This document shows positions 47,430 through 59,069 of a stretch of 64,000 nt of DNA, piece after piece. Source of the DNA: Pseudovirgaria hyperparasitica (Eukaryota); the NCBI GenBank assembly GCA_010093815.1, contig ML996566.1, one strand, 5' to 3'. The notes beneath the pieces were generated by a model. It was not told the DNA's origin and made no database searches. It saw only the letters and a program-made list of their open reading frames with translations. A program made the position numbers and the translations under genes. Numbering within the stretch: the stretch's first letter is position 1; each line of letters starts with the position of its first letter.

Positions 47430-48302
47430 TCAACGATTAAAATTCATATTATACCCGCCCGTCCTCTCATCCTTCACAAACTGAAAATTATCCGTACTCA
47501 GCCCAAACGGCCTCAACAACCCGTTGCCCAACCCCTTCAACTTGCCCATCATATCGGCCATCTCCCGACTCTTCGCCGCGTCCAGCCGGGCAGGTAGTGT
47601 CCGCAGCGCGCCCTGTACCGTGCGCCGATCTGCGCTGCTGAGCTCCGCGTGTTGTTGGGAGAGCGCCGTGTAGTCGTCTATTGCGCCCTGGAGCTCGGCC
47701 CAGGTGCCGAGTTCGGCGCGGGCTTTGGCGCGGCGGAGGAGGGCTTTGGTGCGTAGTTTGTGGAGGTCGGAGAGGGAGTGGTTGAGGGCGGTGAGGATGG
47801 CGATGCGGGCTTCGAGCGCGTCGGAGATTTCGGAGATTCTGGGTGTGTTGGTGTTGCTGTTGTTGCTGTTGCTGTTGTCGTCTTGTGCGGGGCTCGTGGC
47901 GGGCTTGTCGGTTTGGGACTGTTGTTGTTGTTGTTCTTGTGGCACAGGGTCGACGTGGTGGAGCTCGTCGAGGGCCTGGCTAGCTGCGTCGGCGGCGTCT
48001 TTCCAGGCGCGGAGACGCAGGTGGCAGGCGGCGATGTTGGCGTGGAGGACGGCGATTTCGTAGTGGCAGTAGCTGGGCAGAGGGGTCAGGGCGCGGGCGT
48101 AGAAGTCGATTGCGGAGGAGAGGTCCGAGGAGGTGAAGGAGGCGGTTGCGGTGGCTTTGAGGGCGTGGGATTCGGAGAGGAGCTCGGATTCTTCGTCTGC
48201 GGGGAGACGGGAGAGCGGGGCGGCGGCTGGGATGGGTGAGGATGAGGAGGAGGGTTTGGATGTGGGTTCAGGACGCTTGGGGGTTGGTGTGCTGGTCGAC
48301 AT
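47430..48302 (-). CDS. TPR-repeat protein (TTC1-like)
   Basis: TPR helices (NIAACHL, KALLRRAKAR) and C-terminal MMGKLKGLGNGLLRPFGLSTDNFQFVKD..GGYNMNF. Confidence 0.9.
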   Translation of the reverse strand: MSTSTPTPKRPEPTSKPSSSSSPIPAAAPLSRLPADEESELLSESHALKATATASFTSSDLSSAIDFYARALTPLPSYCHYEIAVLHANIAACHLRLRAWKDAADAASQALDELHHVDPVPQEQQQQQSQTDKPATSPAQDDNSNSNNSNTNTPRISEISDALEARIAILTALNHSLSDLHKLRTKALLRRAKARAELGTWAELQGAIDDYTALSQQHAELSSADRRTVQGALRTLPARLDAAKSREMADMMGKLKGLGNGLLRPFGLSTDNFQFVKDERTGGYNMNFNR

Positions 48303-48580
48303 CGTTACTTGGGTGTAATGTAAGATTTTGTGTTTAGGGAGGCAGATTGAAGCTTTCACACTTAGAAACGTTGCCCAGCCAGTGTTTAGTTACGAGCCGC
48401 GCTAGTCCCCGCCTGACGTCGATGGATCGCGAATTTCACTTTGCGGGCAAGCTTCGGGAGGGGTATTTTGGAACTTGAGGTCGTCGCATAGCATCAATTT
48501 ACTGCAATTCCAAGACCGTACCGTTGTCGCATTTCCTCTTACCTTACTTCAGAACCTCCAGAGCCTCCAGAAACCTCGCA

Positions 48581-49499
48581 ATGCCCCCCAAAGCGTTCGT
48601 TATCCTGCACTCAATGCGTCTATTGACACCATCTGATAGCCCCTAGCGCCCCTGCGCCCATCCGGGCCTGTCTCTTCGACATGGACGGCCTCCTCATAAA
48701 CAGCGAAGACCTCTACACAATAGCCACAAACGAAGCCCTCCTCCACTTCGATCCAGGCCACGAGCCGCTCCCATGGCCCATCAAAGCGCAACTGCAAGGC
48801 CGCCCCGCGCCCCAAGCAACCGAGATCTTCATGGCATGGGCCAACATCCCTGTCTCGATAGCCGACTTCCACAAGCACACAGCGACGCTCCAGGAGAAAT
48901 ACTTCCCGCGCACGGAAGTGTTGCCTGGCGTGCAGGAGCTGGTCGAGAAACTGGCGGGCAACGGCGTGCGCATTGCGCTGGCGACAAGCAGCACGACGCG
49001 GAACTTCGAGCTGAAGACTGCGCATTTGGGCAAACTGTTCGACTTGTTTCCGCCTCGCCAGCGGGTGCTGGGGGATGACAGGCGCGTAAAAGCTGGGCGG
49101 GGCAAGCCTGCACCGGATATCTTTCTTGTGGCGCTGCAGACCATTAACGAGGAGCTGAAGGGAAAGGGCGAGAAGCTGATTACACCGGATGAGTGTCTGG
49201 TGTTTGAGGATTCCGTGCCAGGCGTGGAGGCGGGACGGAGAGCTGGGATGCAGGTCGTTTGGTGTCCGCATCCTGGTTTATTGGGAGAGTTCAAGGATCA
49301 GCAAGAGCTGGTTCTTGCGGGACTGACAGGGGAGCACAAGGGTGGTGATGCGTCGCCGGAGCCGAATGAACTTATTCCGCAAGGCACTCGGTCGATAGGA
49401 ACTCCCGGGGATATCGACGATGGTTGGGCAACTCTGCTCGGCACTCTAGAGAATTTTCCGTACGCGCGATACAGTATAGGAGAAAAGAGTGCTCTATAG
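48581..49499 (+). CDS. HAD-superfamily hydrolase (pseudouridine-5'-phosphatase/HDHD1-like)
   Basis: Intron 48595-48646; motif I ACLFDMDGLL, ALATSS, GKPAPDIF, LVFEDSVPGVEAG. Confidence 0.9.
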
Positions 49500-49772
49500 A
49501 TATATAGTTAGCACACCACTTGAGCATTATACATAGAAACGAGCTAGAGTCATTGTGATCATCGATTTCGCTATGCTATACTTGCCCAACAACGTTCTGT
49601 CGCTAGACATATGCCAGTGCAAGTGTGTGTAGCATTGCTATTAGTTACACCGCCGTTGCCACGGACGTCCCACCCGGTCTACGCTCATTTCGAAGACAGA
49701 CACTCGGCATTTCCAACAGTCGAAGTCCTGGACCCATAACGCCAACGGGGCATGTTGCAAGGATTCTGTCTT

Positions 49773-50597
49773 TTATTCGACCTCTTCAATCTTTGCCTTG
49801 CTGGCATCAGCAGCGGGCTTGTCGTCGCTCTCAAGTCCAGGCATTTCCTCATCTTCATCTTCATCTTCCTCCTCACCGGCGGCGCCAAGGTCGCCGAGGT
49901 CGGGCATACCGCCAGCTCCGCCACCAAGTTTGGAGAAATCTATGCCGCCGAATCCGCCATCGCCACCCATAGCGTTCATCTTCGACATGTAGTCCTCATC
50001 CTCGCCAGCCACGTCTTGCTCGTCCTCGTCAACCCACTGTGCGACTGTTAGCAGATGCAATTGATCAGTCCGTTTTGTCGAATGAGCATGCATACCTTGT
50101 CAAAATCAGTCTTGAGGAAGTGCATCTTCTTGGAATCCTTCAGTAGCCTCGGCCAGAATTCCTGCTTGAGGTCCTTCTTCCTAAGCACCAGTTCGATCGA
50201 GCGATCCGTGTGCGAGATCTTGGTGGCACTTGGATCGATTTCTGCAAAAAGCACAAGCTCGACAGCGTAGGTAGCTTTCTTTGAGTTCGAGTAGCCTTCG
50301 AAAGTAACACGGTCGGCCTTGACATCGAGCTTTGTCTTATCCTTGGATACGTCTGGGGTCATCAACGTGACGAAAACGTAGTTGCGCTCGGCATCGCTAT
50401 CGGAGGAGCGTTGTGCCCAAGTGACTGCAAGGCAGAGTTAGCTCTCGTACCTCATGCCGGTATGTTCGTTGAGCAGCCTGAAGATGTAGAGTCCATTGGG
50501 ACGATCTCTGGTATGACCATCTGAGATGTCCAGAAACCGAGAGTCATATATCAAAGGCGTGAAAGGCTGAGAACGCACCTTCGGGTGTTAGAGACAT
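49773..50597 (-). CDS. SBA1: Hsp90 co-chaperone p23 (Sba1/Wos2)
   Basis: MSLTPE|VTWAQRS, FWPRLLK, FLKTDFDK|WVDEDEQ, acidic Gly/Met tail; introns 50425-50578 and 50037-50095. Confidence 0.95.
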
Positions 50598-51192
50598 GTT
50601 GGAAAGTGAGAGTGCGATTGTTAAGAAGCTCGTAAGTTGTAATCGTGTGGACACGACAGATGTGTTGACGAATTTATGGTAGTGGGTGGAAAGTGAAGTT
50701 GTGGTAGATGCAGAGAAGTGCAATTTGCAAGAAGTAAAGGATGTCGTCAAAAGCACCTATTAGCGCGGGAGGCTGAAAAGATGTTTGTGGAAGACGATCG
50801 AAATGCGGAGCAATGCTTGCTTCCCTGCGTCAAGATGACCGAGCGTCGTGTGATTGTTGATTGAGGCAACGATCGTTTCGAAGCTGTGCAAGGGCTAGAG
50901 AACGCAAACTTTATACTTTGATTCTTTAATTCACCTGAGAGCGAGGACGTTTGACTGATATCTGGATAGCTTCCCGTGTTGTTTTGGTGCCTGCCGGCCG
51001 GAGCTGTGAAAATGCCCCGCCACACAACAACGTCAGTCTAGAATGGATACGTCTATGGGCCCGTGCCGTCCGTGCCTTAAGCCAGCCTGAATGTCAACGT
51101 CGTGGAGTTGCGATATCTGCCAAAGCATATCAAATCTCATTCCTATCAAAGATCTATAGACAGGCTCCCTCAGTGGGCTCGCACCTCCAGTC

Positions 51193-51927
51193 ATGGACGC
51201 TATCCGATCAGTTTTCTGGAAGCCGAGCCCAGAAGAGCAGGTTCGCAGCATACTCCAACCTATCATCACAGACCGCTGACCAGATTCTCAGAAACGTAAA
51301 TGTAATGCGCTTGTGCGCCAGAACGTCCGGAAACTTGATCGCGACATCCAGAACTTGAAACAAGCCGAGACCAAGACCAAGAACTACATCCTTCAGGCGT
51401 CGAAGAGGGCGCAACGGAATCCATCCCAAGCGAAGCAGGCAGCCAGCGAGACACGTATATTTGCGCGAGAGTTGATAAGAGTACGGAAGCAAAATAACCG
51501 CTTGGCGACATCCAAGGCCCAGCTGCAGTCGGTACAGATGCAAGTGAATGAGGCATTCTCAGTACGGAAAATCGAGGGAAGCATCAAGGCATCAACAGGG
51601 ATCATGAAAGATGTCAACTCGCTTGTACGACTGCCCGAGCTGACTGGTACAATGAGAGAATTGAGTCAAGAGCTGGTTCGGGCGGGGATCATCGAGGAGA
51701 TGGTTGGGGATTCTCTACCAGACAGTGAGCTATTAGAGGGCGAGGACGACGAGGCAGAAGCAGAGGTTGACAAGATACTGGGAGAGATCTTGAAAGACAA
51801 ACTTCCTCCATCAATGCAGAAGCAAGAGGAGGAATTGCCTGCACAACCTGTCGAGGAAGAGGAAGAAGAGGATCAACAAGAGATGCTCGCACAGATGCGT
51901 GGACGATTAGAAGCTCTTAAGAGTTGA
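51193..51927 (+). CDS. VPS24: ESCRT-III subunit Vps24/CHMP3
   Basis: MDAIRSVFWKPSPEEQ|KRKCNALVRQ (intron 51241-51291), Snf7 domain, LVRLPELTGTMRELSQEL, C-terminal MRGRLEALKS. Confidence 0.93.
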
Positions 51928-52795
51928 ACAAAGATGGCTTGCCCATTGAACATCATTGTTATGTCTTGTCATGCTGTGGCATTTCGTATGCGGTGCGTTG
52001 CATTCATCAACGCTGAAGGCGCAGTATTAGTTCACGCGGCGTATTTGCTATACTTTGTAATCTTGGAGATGACGAGTCCCATATCGTCCTCTCCGAGGAA
52101 TACCATTAGTTGCACGATGTTGCTCGAGATCTGCTATGACCTGGGCTACCGATCCCACGTTGGAAACCAGTCACATATCGTAATCCGGAATGTGGTCGGG
52201 ATCATGCCTGTGACCAGCAATTGAGTCTATCCATAGAATTATGTCACAGAAATATGAATTTTTGCTCGACGCGTAGCATTTCACTCCTGTACTGTGGTCT
52301 TATGGTAAAAATCCCCGTCGTACAATCACAACAACGCAATATCACAATGCAGTAAGGTCTTTGCTTCTTGATGTTATGATCATTGCTGTAAATGCGCGCG
52401 AGATCCTGACCGGCTGCATAGCATTCACCAACGCGACCTGGGATCTCGATCGCATGCAATGCCCCTGATACCAAATCATAATTCCACCTTTCGTCCAAGC
52501 ATCGCGCGACTTTGTTCGTGACTGACGAACAATAAAGAAATGAAATCTCATGCAGCTTGCTCCCTATTCTCAACGCAGTGTTAAAAGGCCCAGAAGCGGG
52601 CAGTATGTGATAAATAAAACGCCGTAACACCTGTGCATTTCCCCGAGTGTATGTCAAACCATCCCACGTAGGGGCGTCTGCAGAGCTGTTTTCGTGCAAA
52701 TGGGTATAACAGGAATACAACGCATAAAGATGCGGACTTCGACCAAAGCCTCCAATCTGAATGGGATTGATGTCGTCAAAATACAATGCTAGATG

Positions 52796-52860
52796 GCCAG
52801 TGATTTGCCAGTGATTTGCCAGTGATTTGCCAGTGATTTGCCAGTGATTTGCCAGTGATT
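52796..52860. repeat. 11-bp tandem repeat (GCCAGTGATTT)x6
   Basis: Direct reading; identical units (last one truncated), no spacers. Confidence 0.95.
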
Positions 52861-53078
52861 CAGACTCCTGTGTTCGTGTCTGTTAGGGCAGATATGGCGC
52901 GCCGGGACGACCGGATCGTCTTTTTGTTTCTGTGTGGTATGCGTCTCGGAACGCATAAGATGTACGGAGCTGTATCCTTAGGCTTTCGACGATCGTGTAG
53001 ATAGATAGATCGAATTCATGCTCGACTCCAAGTTGATATAAGATCAAGCCGCGTGTGCTTGTATCACAGCAACCATGT

Positions 53079-54237
53079 TCATCGCTGGTTCACTCGTACC
53101 ATGTTACTAAAACCTCCAGGTCGCTCATTGATCCCGAGTGGGTTACCGGCTGTGAAGTCCTGTGTCAATGTGTTTAGCCAGGTCTATGGTTCATTAGATA
53201 GAGGTTTTTGTACCTTTCGACGTTTCTTATTGGAACCACGTCCATTTTCTTCTCCACCGGTCGAGTCTGCCACATCTTCTTCGACAAAGGTCTCACCGTA
53301 ACCTGTATAACTGGAATCATCATATCGGCGCTTCTTCCCCGGTCGCTGTGGACGCTGAGCCGTGGGATGAGATGATGTGCGCGCAATTTGTGGTGCCGGG
53401 GTGGCTCCTGCTGGTACGAATGGTTTTTTCTGCGGTGGGACAAACCCAAGTCCAACTTTCGGCTTATTGAATTCGTCTTGACCCACGATATTCCGCCATT
53501 TTCGATCGTCCTGGGGGCTCAAATTTCCAGATTTCATACTCATAGCGCGGGCCATTAGATCGTCTCCGAAGGGCTGTGCAGATATAAGACTACTATTTCC
53601 GATAGACGACTTCCACTCTTCTTCGGTAGTGTCGTGCATACGCGTTAGCTCTCCTGGTCGTGATGTAGGCTTATTCTTTCCTGAAAGATGCAACAATTTT
53701 ATTTGATTCTCATAAGATTTGCGTAGCTTGTTGATTTTCTCGCCAGTGACTGGATCTGTACGAGCGACACTAGCAGCTAAGCCATTGAGATTGTAGGTCG
53801 AGATAAGGTGTTGAGAGGTATGCGGTCGGGACTGTATAAGAGCTACCCAAGCACCTGTGTTAACATTCGTATTCCTAAGGAAAATAAGCACGAGCGAAGG
53901 GAACCTTACGATCTAGAACTGGGAAAAAGAGGGTTTCCATTGGCGAGGCATCAGCCAACGATCCATCTCCTTGCCTTTCGTGATCGGTTCGTCTGTGGCT
54001 GGCTTCTTGCATATCTTCCATTTCTACGTCCACCTTACTCTGATCATATTTGACTTCCTTAGTTTCTCCATGTACCTGTGATGCCGAAGACATGTACGGC
54101 GGGGATGTAGGTGTGTTCGGATGAACCGTAACTGACTTTTGTTCGGCGTTCTTCGCGGGATGGGCGAGGTGATACGGCGGTGACGCAGGTGAGAATGATC
54201 CTTCGAGACGGGGCTTCTTATGCGGACTGGCCGACAT
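53079..54237 (-). CDS. ROX3: Mediator subunit Med19/Rox3
   Basis: GSFSPASPPYH, HPNTPTSP, VARTDPVTGEKINKLRKSY, KKRRYDDSSYTGYGE. Intron from 53909 to 53855 or 53843, and intron 53160-53213. An in-frame upstream ATG at 54570 is an alternative start. Confidence 0.88.
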
Positions 54238-54944
54238 AGGAGCGACACTTCTCTTCGAGGGCGTGATAGCGATACCCGGCTTTGGAGGGTTGTTGTACGT
54301 GCTGGCCGAAGTAGGCAAAGTCGGAGGAGGGGATTGCGCTGACAACACTTCCGGTGAAGCGTTCAGCAGTTTCGCTTGTACAGTATCGACATTCGAAGAA
54401 GTATTGAGCCTTTTCTTCTTCACTATGCGCTGTCGCTTTATTCTGGTAGTGGCCGTCGGGTTGGGTGGTCGTGACGATGAGGTTGGAGGGAGTTGGGTGG
54501 AGGTCGAGGTGGAAGCCCTATCCGGCTTTGTTCCAGAGGCTGACGGCTTGGCTTTCCTCTCGATGGCCATTTTGTCACGTGCTGAGCTGTGGTAACTAAT
54601 CTAGGTTAAGCGGGTGCCAATGTCTGAAACGTCACTCGGTCAATGGCGATGCTGCTAGATGTTCTGCAGATTGATGAGTATTGTGTAGAAGAAAGAATGA
54701 GAAGTATGAAGAAGGAAGAGAGAGAGAGAAAGAGAGAGCGAGAACTGAGTAGAGCAGCTTGTTAATAAGGTGCCTGCGACGATTGCGCATCAAGTGCCCG
54801 CGTGCCCGCGTGCCCGCGATATTGTTATTGAGGTAAGTGAACAAGCAATCCGCTGTGCCCACACTCGGAAGTTCACTCTTCCAAGCAAAAATCAAACCAC
54901 AGCCATACCTTCACCTTTGCCTGGCTTCTCGGGACGACTGCAAA

Positions 54945-56024
54945 ATGACCGATGATGATTTCGGAGGCGATACTCAACTGAATGATGCCTTTGAAACTGC
55001 TCAACAGAATGTTGAACGCAATACCCGACGGTCTGATCCAGATGCACCAAAGGTACAGCAGCCGAAACCTCAAGCTCTACCATCTCGTGCAGGACCAACC
55101 TCAATTCTTGTTTCAACACGCCAAAAGGGCAATCCGATCCTCAATAGCGTGAAGACGGTACCTTGGGAGTATTCTGATATTCCGGCTGACTACGTGCTCG
55201 GCGCAACTACTTGCGCCCTTTTCCTATCACTTAAGTACCACCGCTTACATCCGGAATACATCTACAATCGCATTCAGAAATTACGTGGCATGTACAATCT
55301 TCGAATCTTGCTCACGATGGTCGACATACAGAACCATGAGGAGCCTTTAAAAGAGCTATCCAAAACATCCTTGATCAACAACGTTACTATAATTCTCTGC
55401 TGGAGTGCACAAGAGGCTGGGCGCTACCTAGAACTTTATAAGACATACGAGCATGCCGCCCCTACGAGCATCAAGGCACATCAATCTACCAATTATTCTG
55501 ATAAATTGGTGGACTTCATCACTGTTCCGCGCAGTATTAACAAGACCGATGCGATCGGTTTAGTTTCTAACTTTGGAAGCTTAAGGACTGCAGTCAATGC
55601 TCAGCCTGAGGAGGTCGCCCTCATCGCTGGTTGGGGGGAAAAGAAAGTGCAACGATGGTGCAACTCTGTCAGAGAGCCATTTCGTGTCCGCAAAGCGGCT
55701 AAACGCATCTACTCAACTGAGCAAACTCGCGCCTCACTCTCAAGAGAGCCGTCACATCGAGACGGCGAAGGCCCCCCAGAGGCTGCTGCAGTGGGTCCAA
55801 CGGTCTTGGATGGACCATTTGGATCCGAAGATAGTCAGCGCCCTGGAAAAACACATGACATCGCGGAAGAAGTGACTTCTGAGCATCAGGAGATTTTACA
55901 GAGCAAAGCCGAGTCTATAGGTGAGACGTCTGCGACAGTCTCGAATCCTGCAATGACAAAGACTCAAGAGCAAGATTTAAGCGAAGGTGTAATGGCTGCA
56001 CTAGCGAAACTACGGAAGTCCTGA
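54945..56024 (+). CDS. RAD10: Nucleotide excision repair protein Rad10/ERCC1/Swi10
   Basis: ILVSTRQKGNPIL, ADYVLGATTCALFLSLKYHRLHPEYIY, HhH region INKTDAIGLVSNFGS..GWGEKKV. Confidence 0.96.
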   Translation: MTDDDFGGDTQLNDAFETAQQNVERNTRRSDPDAPKVQQPKPQALPSRAGPTSILVSTRQKGNPILNSVKTVPWEYSDIPADYVLGATTCALFLSLKYHRLHPEYIYNRIQKLRGMYNLRILLTMVDIQNHEEPLKELSKTSLINNVTIILCWSAQEAGRYLELYKTYEHAAPTSIKAHQSTNYSDKLVDFITVPRSINKTDAIGLVSNFGSLRTAVNAQPEEVALIAGWGEKKVQRWCNSVREPFRVRKAAKRIYSTEQTRASLSREPSHRDGEGPPEAAAVGPTVLDGPFGSEDSQRPGKTHDIAEEVTSEHQEILQSKAESIGETSATVSNPAMTKTQEQDLSEGVMAALAKLRKS

Positions 56025-56219
56025 ACGTGTGCATACTAAAAGGAGAACTTCTGGTAGTCCTTGTGGGCAGCGGCTCATAGAAGCTGAGGTACCGATGGCC
56101 TTTTATCGAAGATCCGATCATGAGTGGGTTCGAAATATAATCTGCGAGGAATGGAAAGCTGATGCGCCAAAGAAGCTTTGGGTTAAAACAACTACATATG
56201 TGAAATATATGTTCATGGG

Positions 56220-56700
56220 CGAGCCATATTAGATTTGATGAGAGCTTTAAGTACTCTTAGCCTTTATCCGCACCTTAGTGTCATAGAAAGTATCATTAGA
56301 GTATTAGAGTCCTCACTTTCTAGGATGAGCTGATAATAGTCTGTCGGCCGAATTTCCCCACTTGCCACTTTGTGTAGGTGACTAATAGGTTGGAGATCAT
56401 ACCTGCCGATATCTCATAGAATAAATATATATATGGTAGATATACTTGATAGATTTGCAGTAGAAGAAAGAGACTGCAGTTGATAAGTCCATCTATTTAA
56501 ATTGTTAAAGAAATTCTACTATAGGTCTTGAGTTTTGGTTATGTTGTTAAGGCGAACAGGAAAGGGCCGGCCGGCCAAGATGATAGTCTACGAGTAGAGT
56601 GAATTATGCTATAGCATAGCAACATGTATAAAAGAGGGACGGTCTATTAAGTGCTAATCATACCGAATCTATACGATGGGAAGAGAATTCAGCTGTATAG
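56220..56700. other. AT/TpA-rich patch, possible RIP-degraded remnant
   Basis: Local TA enrichment, no credible ORF. Confidence 0.35.
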
Positions 56701-56895
56701 TACCGCGTTGTGTGAACCGTCCACTAAGTAAATTTGGGAAAGGCGTTCGTGATACCTCTTACGCCGAAGTTTGCATTTTGCATCATGGCCTGGACCCTTC
56801 CAACTTAGATAGGCACGAGAATTGAGCACGCGACGGATGCGCGTCAACGCGTCAGGAATTCTAACAACCACGGTTGGTGGTTTCAATATGACAGC

Positions 56896-59069
56896 ATGAG
56901 AACGTTTGTCGACGATTCCGATGATGGTGGAGGTGACACAGTTAGCGAGAGTCAGTCGCCTGTGTCTGCCAAAGGAAACCCAGCCGAAATATGTGAAGTC
57001 GAAGAGACGCAAGAAGCAGCTTGTGCAGGTCTCGGTATGGAATGCTAAAAAGCATTGAAGGACACTCTTTGACAATGTAAAGCTGACTCAGTCAAGGACA
57101 TTCCGTTGAGGCCTTCACACCCCTCGTCGAACATATCACTCCTCTGAGACCCTCGAGTAAACGTAGGAGAACGATCAACGGCCACGTTACTGATAGCTCT
57201 CCTACCAAGCGGTTGGAAAGAAGTAAGACCATGCGAACTTATGGAAAGCCAACGCAGCATAGAGCTGCAGATTATTCAGAGATCAATGAGACTTTTCGAA
57301 GAACACAGTTCACCCAGGGGGATACTTCGGCCATCAAGTCTTCGAATCAGTCGAGAAATCCAAGTAGCCAGACGATTCATAGTGAGATGACCCAAGCCTG
57401 GCATTTACCCGCGTCTCTACAGCAAGAATTTGCTTTACACGAGCCAAACGCAATGTTCCCCGACCCATCAAGCACAGTGCCAGACAACAGCTCGACACAG
57501 AAACACCTCGTTCAAGATGCGATCGACGCCTTTAGAGCCCCTACAGTCGTGGAGATTTCTGTGACAGATTTCACTACCCAGAAGACGAACGAATCCTCCG
57601 TGCCGTGGTCAGACTACCTTCAGACGCAACCTGCAGAACCTGCCAAAACCCCGACGAACGCTGCAGCCCCAGAACCCCCTTCTACAACAGACCACACAGC
57701 TTTTCTTGATACACTACCAAAATTGAGTGATTCTTCTACTAGAAAGCGAAAAGCAACTAGTTCTCAGATCATTGGGACGCCAGATCAGGGAGTAGATTCA
57801 AGTCAGACGAAGCACCGGAAAGGCTACGCTAGTAGCACTATAGATCCTCTTGATTCTGATGAATTGGCTATTGATCTACCACAGGAGATGTATAAGCCTA
57901 GGCCGAGTCGATCACGATCTGCGAGATATGCGGACGATCCAATTGACTCGTCTGCGACCCTCCAGAGATTTAGTCGAAAAGTACCCAAGCGCAGCAAGAC
58001 AAGTTCGGAATGTGCAACGCACACAATGCAGCTGTCATCATCTGAAAAGATAGAAATGATATGTGCCATGGGATTCACCAGTTCTCAAGCTCATAACGCT
58101 CTACAGAGATCATATGGAAGTCTTGAGAAAGCTGTCGATCAGCTCTGTAACGTTGAATCCCAAGGACCGCATCAATCTGTCGAGGAAGTATCTTTTGTTG
58201 TCCAGACCAATGTACATCCTTCGAAAGATATCGATGAAGCGCAAGTGAAAACTTCGACCGAAGAAGTCACAAGTGTTGCAACTGTAACTGCAACTGGAAC
58301 TTCTATCCCTGTGCCACCAAAAGCAGTAGATGAGCCGACACAGAAAGAAGTCAAAGCCATCATTGACTCTGAAGATGAAGGCGATATCGACTCACCGATT
58401 ACTGAGAACGCAGAATATGTGCTTGCTAAGGAAGCCAATGGCACCTCGGCTGTAGAAGAGGATTTAGATGAAGAGCAGGGAACGGATGAAGACGCTGCTG
58501 TCGATATGCGCACGAAGATGAGGAGAACCAAGTCTATGCCGGTTCTTGCTGTTCAACGAAAAAATGAAGGGACGAAAACCAAAAAGCGACGTGGTCGTCC
58601 ACGAAAGGAAGCGGAAGTCGAGCTCGAGGATAGTCCAAAGCTCATCGACAAAGATTGCGGAAAGACACGTAAAGGTAGGGGCAGACCCCGCAAAAATGTC
58701 GACATAGTCCTGGAAAATATCGAAAGTCTGGTTGAAAAAGAGTTCGACGAAAAGGCCGAAGCTAAGACTGACACGGCGGTCGCAGAAGAAAAGAGCAAAG
58801 TTACCACTGCATTGACGGAGGACTCTCCTAATCCGAATGCCGTCCGTACAGTATTGCAGGCCCACTCACCTCCATCTACTCCGCCTCAGCAGCTACCTGC
58901 GTCAGCGCGGGATAGACCGGAAAGCAGGCACGGTCCTGAGCTCCTCTCACCGAAGAAGCCGAAAGCTCTGAGTCCTCATTCGCCATTGATGAAAGGCAAG
59001 GTCTCATATAGAGTGGGATTGAGCAGGAGGGCTAGAATAGCCCCGTTGCTACGAATTGTCAAGAAGTAA
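56896..59069 (+). CDS. Uncharacterised low-complexity nuclear protein with UBA-like domain and two AT-hooks
   Basis: Exon 1 from ATG 56896 and intron 57035-57096 join the 618-aa ORF. LPQEMYKPRPSRSRS, UBA-like MGFTSSQAHNAL..LEKAVDQL, KRRGRPRK, GRGRPRK, C-terminal YRVGLSRRARIAPLL. Confidence 0.8.

Noticed and set aside
52244..52786. 180-aa minus-strand ORF
   Set aside because: Non-ATG start and no recognisable motif; cannot be supported without a homology search.
52796..52860. Possible CRISPR-like array (also 16741-16830)
   Set aside because: Head-to-tail repeats without unique spacers, in a eukaryotic context.
54837..54944. N-terminal extension of RAD10 in the ORF track
   Set aside because: Begins at GTG; ATG 54945 has strong AAA-ATG context and is the simpler start.
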